A model generated the notes under the pieces. It saw only the letters and a list, made by a program, of their open reading frames with translations. It had not been told where the DNA came from and made no database searches. Of a stretch of 64,000 bases of DNA, positions 1 to 9,576 are shown piece after piece. Source of the DNA: Flavobacteriales bacterium (lineage in GTDB: Bacteria; Bacteroidota; Bacteroidia; Palsa-965); NCBI GenBank assembly GCA_040377305.1, contig JBEIPA010000023.1:1-64000 (forward strand), written 5' to 3'. The position numbers and the translations under genes were made by a program. The first letter of the stretch is position 1. Each line of letters starts with the position of its first letter.

Positions 1-125
1 GGCAATCCATTTTAAAAAGGTAAAAGGGTTTTTCCGTTTGTGTGTTTTGGTCTGTTTTGTTATGTTAATAATTTGGAACTAGTCGGGAGCAAACGTTTGA
101 AAACGGTTTGGATTTACAACTTGAC

Positions 126-155
126 ACCCTGCAGGAGTTAAACGCTTGCAGGGTT
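126..155. repeat. REP-like palindrome (ACCCTGCAGGAGTTAAACGCTTGCAGGGTT)
   Basis: Imperfect inverted repeat; a near-identical copy in the opposite orientation lies at 8572-8602; overlaps the recQ stop codon. Confidence 0.75.
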
Positions 156-2055
156 ATTTGATTTTCAGCTTCCTCGTCTTATCAAACACCAACACCTCCC
201 GATCCAACAACTTCCTCAACGCCGTATTTACCTCGGCATGCAATTCACTCGGGAACATCGCCAGCAATTCCCGAATATCTTTCTGCTCAATTTTCAGCAC
301 CGCAAGAATTTCATCTTCAATATCCAGACGGACCTGCGCCTTCGAACTTGCCGATTTCCGCTTGCAATTATCACACTTTCCGCAAATGGGAGCATTCTCT
401 TCACCGAAAAACTTCAGAAGCAATACTTGTCTGCATACTTCCTGATTCTTCACAAATTCCTTCATCGCATTGATTCGGTTTCCTGCAGTCTTCTTGCGCT
501 CGATCAGATTTTCCGGTGAAATGTAAAGTGAATACGCATCAGGTCGTGGTTGCAGCAATGTAAATAGGGGCTGATCCGTTCTCGGAATGTAACTCATCAG
601 ACCAAGTTTGTCGAATCGCTTAAGATCGGCAGCAACAACTTCTCCGCTTTTGCCGGTGCGACGAGCTAAATCCATTTCGTTGATGCGAACATACGTATCG
701 AACAAACCACCGTACATACGCAACATCGCTTTGATCAAAGTTTCGTCAGCCATGTTTTGTACTTCGTACTTGTACAAATCTTCATTGGAAACTTTGATAT
801 ACACGCGCGATGGCTGCATGATCGCATCCGAAAGCACGAGATATCCTTCGCGTTCCATGGTTTTCATGCTGTGATAAACCTGCAGCTGATCAAGGTTGTA
901 CGTTGTACAGATCTTCTTCAGATCGAAAACATACGTCTGACCTTCGCTGGTACCTACCGGAAGCTGATAGAAATTTGCAACGGCCTGCCAACACTTGCGA
1001 ATGTCTTTCAGCTCAGGAAACGATTGTCTGAACTGCGATTCAAGATTTGAGATATCAGAATCATTCCAGAACATAATTGCACCCGATTCAACACCATCAC
1101 GGCCTGCACGACCTGCTTCCTGGAAATACGCTTCTGGACTATCCGGTAAATCCATGTGAACGACAAAACGAACATCGGGTTTATCGATTCCCATTCCGAA
1201 CGCGTTTGTTGCAACCATCACACGTGCTTTGTTCTCCAGCCACATTTGCTGACGGGTTGCACGTTCCTGTGCGTTCAATCCTGCGTGATAAAACGTCGCA
1301 GAGATTCCGGATGACTGCAAGAGCAAGGCAAGCTCCTGTGTCTTCCTGCGATTACGCACGTAAACAATTCCCGGTGCTTGTATGCGTTCAGCAAGCTTAA
1401 ATAGCTGTCCGTTTTTATCTTCTGTCTTGCGGACAACATAAGCGATGTTATGTCGTGCAAAACTCTGAGAAAATACTTTCTGATTTTTGAAGTTCAGTTT
1501 TTCCTGAATGTCCAGAGCAACTTGTGGTGTGGCTGTTGCAGTGAGTGCAAGAACCGGAACATTCGGATGCGTTTCCCGTATTTCCGCAATTTCCAAATAC
1601 GGAGGGCGAAAATCGTAGCCCCATTGAGAAATGCAATGTGCTTCATCGACTGCAAAAAAACTGATTGGCATTTTCCCTATGCGCACACGTGCAAGTTCGG
1701 TGATCAGTCTTTCCGGAGAGAGATAGAGAAATTTAGTTTTTCCGTAAACGCAATTATCGAACGCAACATCGATCTCGCGTTTTCCCATGGTCGATGTTAT
1801 CGCAACCGCTGGAATATTCATTTCCTTCAGACGGTTAACCTGATCGAACATCAAAGCAATGAGCGGAGAAATGACAATGCAGATTCCATCCATGCACATA
1901 GCAGGAACCTGGAAGCACAACGATTTGCCACCACCTGTGGGAAGGAGCGCAAGCGTGTCTCTTCCTTCGAGAATATTACCGATAATGTCGCGCTGAAGCG
2001 GACGGAATTCACGGAAGCCCCAGTATTCTTTGAGTATTTCTTCCGGTGATTTCAA
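154..2055 (-). CDS. recQ: RecQ-family ATP-dependent DNA helicase (RecQ2-like)
   Basis: [10 protein letters not shown] (motif I), [33 protein letters not shown], Cys Zn-binding region CRQ...CGKCDNC; TTG start. Confidence 0.93.
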   Translation of the reverse strand: MKSPEEILKEYWGFREFRPLQRDIIGNILEGRDTLALLPTGGGKSLCFQVPAMCMDGICIVISPLIALMFDQVNRLKEMNIPAVAITSTMGKREIDVAFDNCVYGKTKFLYLSPERLITELARVRIGKMPISFFAVDEAHCISQWGYDFRPPYLEIAEIRETHPNVPVLALTATATPQVALDIQEKLNFKNQKVFSQSFARHNIAYVVRKTEDKNGQLFKLAERIQAPGIVYVRNRRKTQELALLLQSSGISATFYHAGLNAQERATRQQMWLENKARVMVATNAFGMGIDKPDVRFVVHMDLPDSPEAYFQEAGRAGRDGVESGAIMFWNDSDISNLESQFRQSFPELKDIRKCWQAVANFYQLPVGTSEGQTYVFDLKKICTTYNLDQLQVYHSMKTMEREGYLVLSDAIMQPSRVYIKVSNEDLYKYEVQNMADETLIKAMLRMYGGLFDTYVRINEMDLARRTGKSGEVVAADLKRFDKLGLMSYIPRTDQPLFTLLQPRPDAYSLYISPENLIERKKTAGNRINAMKEFVKNQEVCRQVLLLKFFGEENAPICGKCDNCKRKSASSKAQVRLDIEDEILAVLKIEQKDIRELLAMFPSELHAEVNTALRKLLDREVLVFDKTRKLKIK

Positions 2056-2067
2056 ATCGAATATAAT

Positions 2068-2700
2068 TTAGAATACAAACACTACAGATTGACGCCACAC
2101 GGGATGATCGCCCTTGTCGCAAACAGGAGGAAGCCACGCTGGCATATCCGTAACGATTTTATGAATCTTCGTCCGGATGTCGAGCGGAAGTGCGTTGTCT
2201 TCAACGGTGACTGCAAAAGTGGTAAATGATTTGTCGTCGACTTCAAACACCACCATCACCGCTTTACCTTTCATCATCGCTTTCTCCTGTTCGGTGAAAT
2301 CAGTATTGATGTGCAGTTGAATATATTCCTGCTTGCCTGCATTCCCACCAAAATAGCGCGGACCACATACCAGCGAAGGAACGTGAACCGAATCAACGAA
2401 AGTTTCTTTGTGCGTATCGAAGTTTAAGGTTTGTACGAGGAAGCCAACTGTATCCGCAGAATAGTAATTCCAGATTCCAACCGGATTGCCATTGTTGTAT
2501 TGACCTTCAACGTACACTTTGCCGTAGCGTGTGTAGCGAACGTACTTGCCAATTTTGATTCCGTCTTTGTTCGTGGAATAAACTTCATTTTTTCCACCGT
2601 CTTTGTAGGTTGTTTGCACAGGAATTGTGTCCTGCGAGAAAACAGAACCAGTGATGAGAAGAAGAATTACAGTAAAGATGCTTTTCATAAAGGGGTTCAT
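2068..2700 (-). CDS. Exported protein with MORN/YwqK-like repeats and TonB C-terminal-like domain
   Basis: Signal peptide (likely start at 2688), EGQYNNGNPVGIWNYY repeat, C-terminal MPAWLPP...PVWRQSVVFVF resembling TonB_C. Confidence 0.6.
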   Translation of the reverse strand: MNPFMKSIFTVILLLITGSVFSQDTIPVQTTYKDGGKNEVYSTNKDGIKIGKYVRYTRYGKVYVEGQYNNGNPVGIWNYYSADTVGFLVQTLNFDTHKETFVDSVHVPSLVCGPRYFGGNAGKQEYIQLHINTDFTEQEKAMMKGKAVMVVFEVDDKSFTTFAVTVEDNALPLDIRTKIHKIVTDMPAWLPPVCDKGDHPVWRQSVVFVF

Positions 2701-2729
2701 TATGTCTACTAAGATGCAATTTCTATGCC

Positions 2730-3461
2730 TTACAGATGCTTCCCGGTCATGAATAAGTGATAATTAACGTGCTGATAGCGACGCATCATCTCAAAATCAG
2801 GAAACTTGAGGAACATTTCTTTGTCTTCAATTTTGAGTTGCACGGCGTCTTCATGCAGATTGCAATAGGGCGCATTTTTCAAACTGCCCCATGAAACTGA
2901 AATTCTTCCGACCAACAACGACGCCGCATTCAGCTTAGTATTCTTTAATTCAATGAATCGGGTAGCCGGTGCGCCACAAACGAGGCATTCATTTGCCCAT
3001 GTTGCGCGTTCCATCACTTTACATTTGAAGTCGGTATCGTCTTTCACATCTGCTTTTGTGAACGCTCTCAATTCGCCTTTGTGGGAAATGAGCCACGATG
3101 TGCAAACCGTACATTCTGCGAGTTCGTTCTCATCTGCGGAAGTTAGATTGCTTTCCATTGCTCGTCCAAATTCCTGGTGACAATACGGACACTTTCCGAT
3201 GCGAAGGGTAGCGGTCGTTAAAATGCCACCTCCAAATACAAGGACGCCAATCCCAACACCAGTCCATGTAAGCCATGACCAACCTAGACCTTGTCCGATT
3301 GCAGCAATAATTCCACCTACAAGCAGAGCAGCGAACAACATCTGAAAAAACTTCTTGATTCGGGTTCCAACCGGTGCACTGGTGAGCTGAGTAGAATGCG
3401 GTGGATAATACGGAACAATTTTCCCGTGATAAACTGATACTTGCTGAACAACTTCTTCCAT
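2730..3461 (-). CDS. Hypothetical membrane protein with multiple CxxC zinc-ribbon motifs
   Basis: Two hydrophobic helices, then CPYC, CTVC, CLVC, CNLH; TATATTTG -7 box upstream at 3479-3486. Confidence 0.7.
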   Translation of the reverse strand: MEEVVQQVSVYHGKIVPYYPPHSTQLTSAPVGTRIKKFFQMLFAALLVGGIIAAIGQGLGWSWLTWTGVGIGVLVFGGGILTTATLRIGKCPYCHQEFGRAMESNLTSADENELAECTVCTSWLISHKGELRAFTKADVKDDTDFKCKVMERATWANECLVCGAPATRFIELKNTKLNAASLLVGRISVSWGSLKNAPYCNLHEDAVQLKIEDKEMFLKFPDFEMMRRYQHVNYHLFMTGKHL

Positions 3462-3509
3462 TGGCTATTGTGATTACACAAATATAACCCTTCAACTAGC
3501 GCAGGACAA

Positions 3510-3645
3510 GTGTGCTAATGTGTTTGATTGCTAATATGTGAAATGGAGCAAATAAGAAACCCTCAGATTCTCCGGGAACGAAAAATCTGAGGGTTAATCC
3601 GGGTCAATTCTTTAGCACATCAACCCACTAGCACATGAGCATATT
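3510..3645. repeat. Inverted arms of ~8-mer microrepeats (TGTGCTAA / TTAGCACA) around a hairpin
   Basis: gtgtgctaatgtgtttgattgctaat ... ttagcacat..ctagcacatgagcatatt. Confidence 0.6.
3558..3595 (-). terminator. Stem-loop / probable terminator after the amidohydrolase gene
   Basis: AACCCTCAGATT ... AATCTGAGGGTT, a 12-bp perfect stem. Confidence 0.65.
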
Positions 3646-6600
3646 ATTCATCAAGCCCACACGCATCATGCATGAAGGAATGAGTTTCTTCGTGGAATTC
3701 ATAGTTCGCGTTGTACTTCGCATTTTCCCACCAGAACTTCGTACGTGTCTTCGGCGAATTTCCGATTTCATTCATCGTTGCTGCATCATACAAACGTCCG
3801 TTCACCATGGTGTAGCTAATGAATTCCGAATTGCGGATATTCTCCAAGGGATTCTTGTCCATCACAACAAGATCTGCAAGCTTCCCTGCTTCGATCGAAC
3901 CGATATACTTATCCATTCCGATAGTCCACGCACCGTTCATTGTTGCGCAACGAATGGCTTCCTGATTAGTGAATCCACCCTGTGTGAACATCCACATTTC
4001 CCAATGAGCACCAATGCCGTGGATTTGTCCGTGTGCACCGAGGTTTACTTTCACACCTGCATCATAAAGCTTCTTACACGATTTCGCAATGAGAATGTGC
4101 CCGTTATCATACTCTTCTTCCGGAGCCATTTCACGGTTGCGTGCGCGTGAGTCAATCATGCCACGAGGATAGAAATCAAGAAGGCGTTTGTTCTCCCAGA
4201 CATTCGTGTGCTGATACCAATAGTTCTCTCCGTTTTTCGCGCCGTAAGCAACAATAAGAGTAGGAGTGTATGCTGTACCGCTATTCGACCAGAGTTTCAC
4301 AACGTCGTCATACACCGGAGCAATCGGAATGTTGTGTTCAATGGTTGTGTGTCCATCAAGAATCTCCGTCATGTTGTGCGAGTACGTTGATCCGCCCTCA
4401 GGCACAACCATCATCTGCAATTTGCGTGATGCTGCAATCACCTGCTGACGCTGATCACGACGTGGTTGATTGTAGCTCTTCACCGAGAATGCACCACATG
4501 CCTGTGTGCGTTGAACTGCCGAGCGTGCATCGTCATAATTGTTGATCGTTGCTTTGAAGTCGCCTTCAGCACCGTAAAGAATCCAGCCGGTTGAGAATAT
4601 ACGTGGACCAACCATGGTTCCGTTCTTCACCATCTCCGATTGAGAGAAAACCATTTCGGTGTTCGAAGAAGGATCATGTGTAGTTGTTACACCAAAAGAA
4701 AGATTCGTGTAATAACTCCACTGCTTTTGCGGACTGATTCCATGACGGAACGTGCCCAGGTGAGCGTGTACATCGACAATTCCGGGCATAATCGTTTTGC
4801 CGCTGCAGTCAATTACTTTCACATCAGAAGCAAGTTTCATTGTTGCAGATTGCCCGACAGCTACAATTTTGTTGTCTTCAATCAGAATTGTGCCGTTCTC
4901 AATTACGGAATTGTTTGCGTCAACCGTGATGATACGTGCATTTGTCAACGCGATTTTACCTTTCGGCTTATCACTCTTCATCACGAGACCAATCTTAGTT
5001 CCTACGGTATCAGGTCCCGGAATAGAATCCGGAGCGCCATCAACATAACCGAAAGTGGTTTTGATTTCACGCGAGAAATATTCATCGCCCATGGTCCAGT
5101 TAAGTTTTTTAGAATCTGCGCTCCAATGCAGCGACTGACCTGCATCACGAGTGACACAATTCATCGGAACCTGACCCATGTCTTTGCTCAGCTCCAGCGT
5201 TTTTCCGGAAGCAGGCCAGGCACATACGTACACTTTAAAAAGCTCACGGAATGCAATCCATTTGTTGTCTGGCGATGGAACAATTTCCCACGCATACGTT
5301 GAATTCGCAACAACTTTGTCTTTTCTGTCGGTGAGATTATATTCATGCAATTCTTTCGCATCACCCATGTCGAGGAAATAGTGAATGCTTTTTCCATCAG
5401 CACTGTATCGCGGCACTTCTGCTCCATTGTAAAACCAGAATGTGGCATCTCCACCAGATGATGGAACAGTGTAGATTCCTGGTTTCACACAGAAAGCTCC
5501 ACCTTGTGCATCATTACCATCTTCCTTGTCGAACACAATTGTTTTTCCATCAGGTGAGAATGCAGGTGTACGGAAAATTCCTTTTTCACGGGTAACTTTC
5601 GTACCTGTTCCGCCAGCAGCAGGAATAGTCATGATTGCACCGGTCTCTTCATCGTTCCATGTTACATAGGTGATCTTGCTTCCGTCTTTTGAATACGATG
5701 GTTCGAATTCCAGATCAGTTCCTTTTGTTAAACGAGTTGGTGTTCCATTCGGCAATGATTTTTTCCAGAGATAACCCGCCGCGTTAAACACCATCGTTTT
5801 TCCATCCGGAGAAGTTACGGCGTGACGAATCATTTTTGCCGTGAATTCTTCCGGTGCAGGATTCTGTTCAAAGCGAAGTGCATTGTAAATTTTGTGTTTG
5901 CTGTCAACAGTGAAAGGAATTTCGCTGGTAGCTTGTGTCGCAACATCAATCTTTACAATCTTTCCGCCAGCCCAGATTACGATGTTCTTATTATCGGGCG
6001 TCCAGCTGAAACCGGTGTAAGCACCAAAGAGACACCATGCTTCCATCTGATCTTTGCTGAGCTTATCGAAAATCGGCCATTCTTCTCCTGTTGCAAGATC
6101 ACGCAGAAACAAAACAGACTGTGTGCGCACACGACGAACAAAGGCAAGCATCTTTCCATCACGAGAAACCTGCGGACGACAAGCGCTTCCAGGTCCACCT
6201 GTAACGTATTCAATTTCTCCGGTCGTCATATCGTAACGGTAGATCACGTAGATCTGACTGTTCGCGTCCTTGTTATACTGGAAATATCCACCCGGATACA
6301 TATCCTCACTGTAGTAAAGATATTTTCCGTCGAGCGATGCTGAAGGTTCGTTAACGTCCTGCTGTTTGTTTTTCTTCTGCGTTAACTGAACGCCGTCTCC
6401 GCCTGTCAGGTGATACATCCACATTTCACCAGCACCCAATGAACGGGTAGAGGAGAAGTGCTTCTTCGCGATCACATATTGACCATCTGCAGACCAGCAA
6501 GCGTTATTGCACAAGCGAAAATTCTCCGTAGTAATTTGTTTCGCATCGGTTCCATCACTCTTCATGTACCAGATGTTATCTCCGCCGCCACCATCGCTGG

Positions 6601-6916
6601 TGAAAGAAATTTTCGATCCGTCGGGACTATAGCGTGGTTGTACCGTCCAGGCGTGACCCGTTTGAAGTGGTGTTGCTGTTCCGCCAGCAATTGGCATGGT
6701 ATAGATGTCACCAAGAAGGTCAAACACGATGTTCTTGCCATCGGGACTAACGTCGAGGCACATCCATGTTCCTTCGTTCACCGTGAAGGAAACTTCTTTG
6801 TAATCACCCATCGCAGGATTATTTACATCCCACTTTTTAGGTTTGCCATCTCCGGCTGCAATGAAGAGAGCTGCTGCCGCAATTAAGGGCAGCGCAATGC
6901 GAATTTTCTTAGTCAT
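3644..6916 (-). CDS. Secreted amidohydrolase with N-terminal TolB-like (PD40) beta-propellers
   Basis: Signal peptide, many SPDGK repeats, C-terminal MPGIVDVHAH and GSIEAGKLADLVV amidohydrolase motifs. Confidence 0.9.
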   Translation of the reverse strand: MTKKIRIALPLIAAAALFIAAGDGKPKKWDVNNPAMGDYKEVSFTVNEGTWMCLDVSPDGKNIVFDLLGDIYTMPIAGGTATPLQTGHAWTVQPRYSPDGSKISFTSDGGGGDNIWYMKSDGTDAKQITTENFRLCNNACWSADGQYVIAKKHFSSTRSLGAGEMWMYHLTGGDGVQLTQKKNKQQDVNEPSASLDGKYLYYSEDMYPGGYFQYNKDANSQIYVIYRYDMTTGEIEYVTGGPGSACRPQVSRDGKMLAFVRRVRTQSVLFLRDLATGEEWPIFDKLSKDQMEAWCLFGAYTGFSWTPDNKNIVIWAGGKIVKIDVATQATSEIPFTVDSKHKIYNALRFEQNPAPEEFTAKMIRHAVTSPDGKTMVFNAAGYLWKKSLPNGTPTRLTKGTDLEFEPSYSKDGSKITYVTWNDEETGAIMTIPAAGGTGTKVTREKGIFRTPAFSPDGKTIVFDKEDGNDAQGGAFCVKPGIYTVPSSGGDATFWFYNGAEVPRYSADGKSIHYFLDMGDAKELHEYNLTDRKDKVVANSTYAWEIVPSPDNKWIAFRELFKVYVCAWPASGKTLELSKDMGQVPMNCVTRDAGQSLHWSADSKKLNWTMGDEYFSREIKTTFGYVDGAPDSIPGPDTVGTKIGLVMKSDKPKGKIALTNARIITVDANNSVIENGTILIEDNKIVAVGQSATMKLASDVKVIDCSGKTIMPGIVDVHAHLGTFRHGISPQKQWSYYTNLSFGVTTTHDPSSNTEMVFSQSEMVKNGTMVGPRIFSTGWILYGAEGDFKATINNYDDARSAVQRTQACGAFSVKSYNQPRRDQRQQVIAASRKLQMMVVPEGGSTYSHNMTEILDGHTTIEHNIPIAPVYDDVVKLWSNSGTAYTPTLIVAYGAKNGENYWYQHTNVWENKRLLDFYPRGMIDSRARNREMAPEEEYDNGHILIAKSCKKLYDAGVKVNLGAHGQIHGIGAHWEMWMFTQGGFTNQEAIRCATMNGAWTIGMDKYIGSIEAGKLADLVVMDKNPLENIRNSEFISYTMVNGRLYDAATMNEIGNSPKTRTKFWWENAKYNANYEFHEETHSFMHDACGLDE

Positions 6917-6951
6917 AATATATTTGATTCAGGAGGGACAAAGAAAACGAA

Positions 6952-6985
6952 AAACCCCCGACTTAGCTGAGCAAGTCGGGGGTTT
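6952..6985 (-). terminator. Rho-independent terminator
   Basis: AAACCCCCGACTT-loop-AAGTCGGGGGTTT with an A-run on the left (U-tract on the minus strand). Confidence 0.75.
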
Positions 6986-7066
6986 CTCAATGAAATATGA
7001 TAAGCGGTAATTTTTCGCTTAGAAGCCTATCCCAACGCGTTGGTCTGGATGGGCCGTTTTTATTTT

Positions 7067-7537
7067 TTAGAAGCCCACTTTAGGTGTCACCATTTGCTCG
7101 ATAAGGATACCGAGGCAAGCACCATCCTGTGATTGGCCTTTTGCAGCACCTCCAGGGATGATCACCGTGATGAACATGTTACGTGTAGTTTCGCATGAAA
7201 ACTCCATGCTTAGCGCTTTGCTATCTGTTGCATTATCATAAATAATTGATCCGTCAGCTGCGTCACTTAAAGTGAACTGAATGTCAGTTCCCAAAGACGC
7301 ATCCGGACAAATGCTGATACAGTAATCGAAACCTGAATAGAATATTGCTTTCAGTTTAGATGTAGTGCCGCGAGCGAAAAGTCCGCTTCGTGACTGTGAG
7401 TTATAACGGAATCCATCTTCAGAAGCTAAGCTGCATCCAGCCTGACGGTGGTAATTGCTGCACGGTAGCTGCGAAGCGAGGTTAATGTGCAGGCTCATGA
7501 GCACTGCGATCATCACGATTGAAAACACTTTTTTCAT
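7067..7537 (-). CDS. Hypothetical exported protein (Cys-containing beta-rich domain)
   Basis: Signal peptide, several Cys, codirectional with the adjacent lipoprotein. Confidence 0.7.
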   Translation of the reverse strand: MKKVFSIVMIAVLMSLHINLASQLPCSNYHRQAGCSLASEDGFRYNSQSRSGLFARGTTSKLKAIFYSGFDYCISICPDASLGTDIQFTLSDAADGSIIYDNATDSKALSMEFSCETTRNMFITVIIPGGAAKGQSQDGACLGILIEQMVTPKVGF

Positions 7538-7561
7538 AGCAGGATCTCTCTGTTCTTTGGG

Positions 7562-8458
7562 TTATTTAGCTTCTACAAATGATTTACGGATTTCTCCGAT
7601 TTTCTTTTGAATGGCATCAAATTGGTCTTTCGTGATGTCTTTCTTTTCACCGCCACCAATTTTCATACGCTTCCCATCTTCTTGTGTAGGATCTTCCTTC
7701 GCGGTTGTTCCTACAGCATCGAATAAAACATCAAGTTCTTTCACCTGTAACAAAACCGATGCCACATCTTCGTTGCTTTCGTATTTCGTCATGAATTCGA
7801 TTAGGTTGTGCAAAGACAAATCCTGCTCTGCAATCTTGTTTGCAGCTTCTTTGTCTTTCTCAAAATCGTTCACCATCGCAGCAGACAAGTACATAGATTC
7901 AATCCATCCGCCAGCTAACATGATTGCGAGTTCCGGACCGCGATCATTTGCTTCGAGGTTGGAGAACGTAGCGAGGTACAAATCATTACCAACTGCAACA
8001 AGCGAATCAGCATTACCGTTTGCTTTGTTGATGCGTTCCTGATCTTTTTCAGAAAGTCCGGTTGCAACTTGTAGCGTTGTTCCCATGCGCATGCAGATAC
8101 CGAAATATGAACCTACTTTGTCTGTTACTTCAAAAGTAGAAGCGTACAGCAAATCGGCAGAGTACACACCCAGATTCAGCGCTTGTGATTTTTTGCTTGT
8201 ATAGTTCTTCTCGTTCGAAACCGGATTCAGCAGGTTGCCGTCTCCTTTCTTCGGACCGAGTGTCTTCATGAATTCGAAGATGTCACTTGGAGAAGGAACA
8301 CGAACTACATCTTCCGTTGTAGTAGTCTCAAAACCGCCCAGTGTGTCAACCGGTACGCTATCTTGAGGAGTATCAGTTCCAGGATCGCCGCAAGATGTTG
8401 CAGTGAGGGAGAAAGTGAGCGCTGCCAATGCAACACTTTGAAACATAAGTTTCTTCAT
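7562..8458 (-). CDS. Hypothetical alpha-helical lipoprotein
   Basis: MKKLMF... signal with lipobox ATSC; long ORF; start placed at MKK (8458). Confidence 0.75.
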   Translation of the reverse strand: MKKLMFQSVALAALTFSLTATSCGDPGTDTPQDSVPVDTLGGFETTTTEDVVRVPSPSDIFEFMKTLGPKKGDGNLLNPVSNEKNYTSKKSQALNLGVYSADLLYASTFEVTDKVGSYFGICMRMGTTLQVATGLSEKDQERINKANGNADSLVAVGNDLYLATFSNLEANDRGPELAIMLAGGWIESMYLSAAMVNDFEKDKEAANKIAEQDLSLHNLIEFMTKYESNEDVASVLLQVKELDVLFDAVGTTAKEDPTQEDGKRMKIGGGEKKDITKDQFDAIQKKIGEIRKSFVEAK

Positions 8459-8539
8459 ACGAGGATAAGTAATGAGTATCAGCAAAAATAGCTTTTTTTC
8501 GACAAGTGGGGCAGTTTAGGCTGAAAAAATGGCAGTTGG

Positions 8540-8603
8540 AACTCCTGCAGGGTTCGCGCGCGCGCTCGTGTAACCCTGCAAGCGTTTAACCCTTGCAGGG
8601 TTA
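8540..8603. repeat. REP-like cluster (half copy + full AACCCTGCAAG palindrome)
   Basis: aactcctgcagggtt plus aaccctgcaagcgtttaacccttgcagggtt; same family as 126-155. Confidence 0.75.
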
Positions 8604-9029
8604 CGGGATCGTCTCCGCTTTTGCAGCAGAATCCGCTATTCGTTCTGAATCTGCATTTTGGATAGAATCTAAATAGTTCTTCGCTAACGAATCCGCGTAT
8701 CTGCTTTGAGCACTCGTGTCACAAAGCCTTCCGACGATTTCATCATCCCCACAGGATTGAAATAGTACTGTTCCGAAAACCAGTAATAATGCTGCTGCAA
8801 ATCGAATAATCTGAACCGAATATCTTCTCGAAGTTGACACATGGGATCTGCTGAAAACACCACAAGGTTGTTCGGTGCTTGTTCTTATTGAGTTCAGAAT
8901 TTCTTCAGTGCTTTTTCCTCTGAAATCTATCACCACTTTGCTGCATTCGTCACAATAGAATCCAGTGGCAACCTTTTCCATGGAAGTCGATTTACGCATA
9001 CAAGGGTTTGGAATCGAAATTGCTCTCAT
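8601..9029 (-). CDS. Small protein with N-terminal Cys4 (IPNPC...FYCxxC...CG) domain, TM helix and internal lipobox; paralog 1
   Basis: ISIPNPC, GFYCDECSKVVIDF, CGVF, hydrophobic helix ending LFQSC. Confidence 0.75.
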   Translation of the reverse strand: MRAISIPNPCMRKSTSMEKVATGFYCDECSKVVIDFRGKSTEEILNSIRTSTEQPCGVFSRSHVSTSRRYSVQIIRFAAALLLVFGTVLFQSCGDDEIVGRLCDTSAQSRYADSLAKNYLDSIQNADSERIADSAAKAETIP

Positions 9030-9445
9030 TTGGTCCTATTTGTCTTTGCAACGGAATCTGCAAGACGTGTTGAATCCGCTTTCATCTGCGCTTCCAGTTC
9101 GAACATTGAAACGGAATCACCCATAGCCAAGGAATCTCCAATTTTATATGTTTCATCACTCCCACACGACGCAAAAAGCGTAACGCCAAAAGCGAGCAGG
9201 AGAGAAGCAACAAACCGCATAACCTCAAAGGTCGGTTTGCTCTTGTTGTTTACCTGGTGATGCTGATAGACTCCGCAAACTCTTCCTTTTTCTGAATTTT
9301 TCAGTGCAGAAATGATCTCCTCATCCGCTCGTTCCCGAAAATCGATTACGACTTTGGAACATTGACTACAGAAGAATCCACCGTCAACTGGTGAGAGCTG
9401 ATTCAGTTTCAGCGGACAGGGGTTTGGAATGTTGACAACAGCCAT
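9026..9445 (-). CDS. Small protein with N-terminal Cys4 domain, TM helix and internal lipobox; paralog 2
   Basis: VNIPNPC, GFFCSQCSKVVIDF, CGVY, helix ending LFASC; ATGA overlap with paralog 1. Confidence 0.75.
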   Translation of the reverse strand: MAVVNIPNPCPLKLNQLSPVDGGFFCSQCSKVVIDFRERADEEIISALKNSEKGRVCGVYQHHQVNNKSKPTFEVMRFVASLLLAFGVTLFASCGSDETYKIGDSLAMGDSVSMFELEAQMKADSTRLADSVAKTNRTK

Positions 9446-9576
9446 GTGGTGAAAATAGGAAATCATTCATCACCTAAAAGTGCCATTTACGGCTTTTGAA
9501 CAACCATTAACAAAGTGATGCCGACTTTCACCGGTCTCCTGTCTGTCGTCTCCGGTCTATTAACTACCTTCGGAGT

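Noticed and set aside
1-10. Possible start of a minus-strand gene (ATGGATTGCC) at the window edge
   Set aside because: Only three codons are visible, so it cannot be supported.
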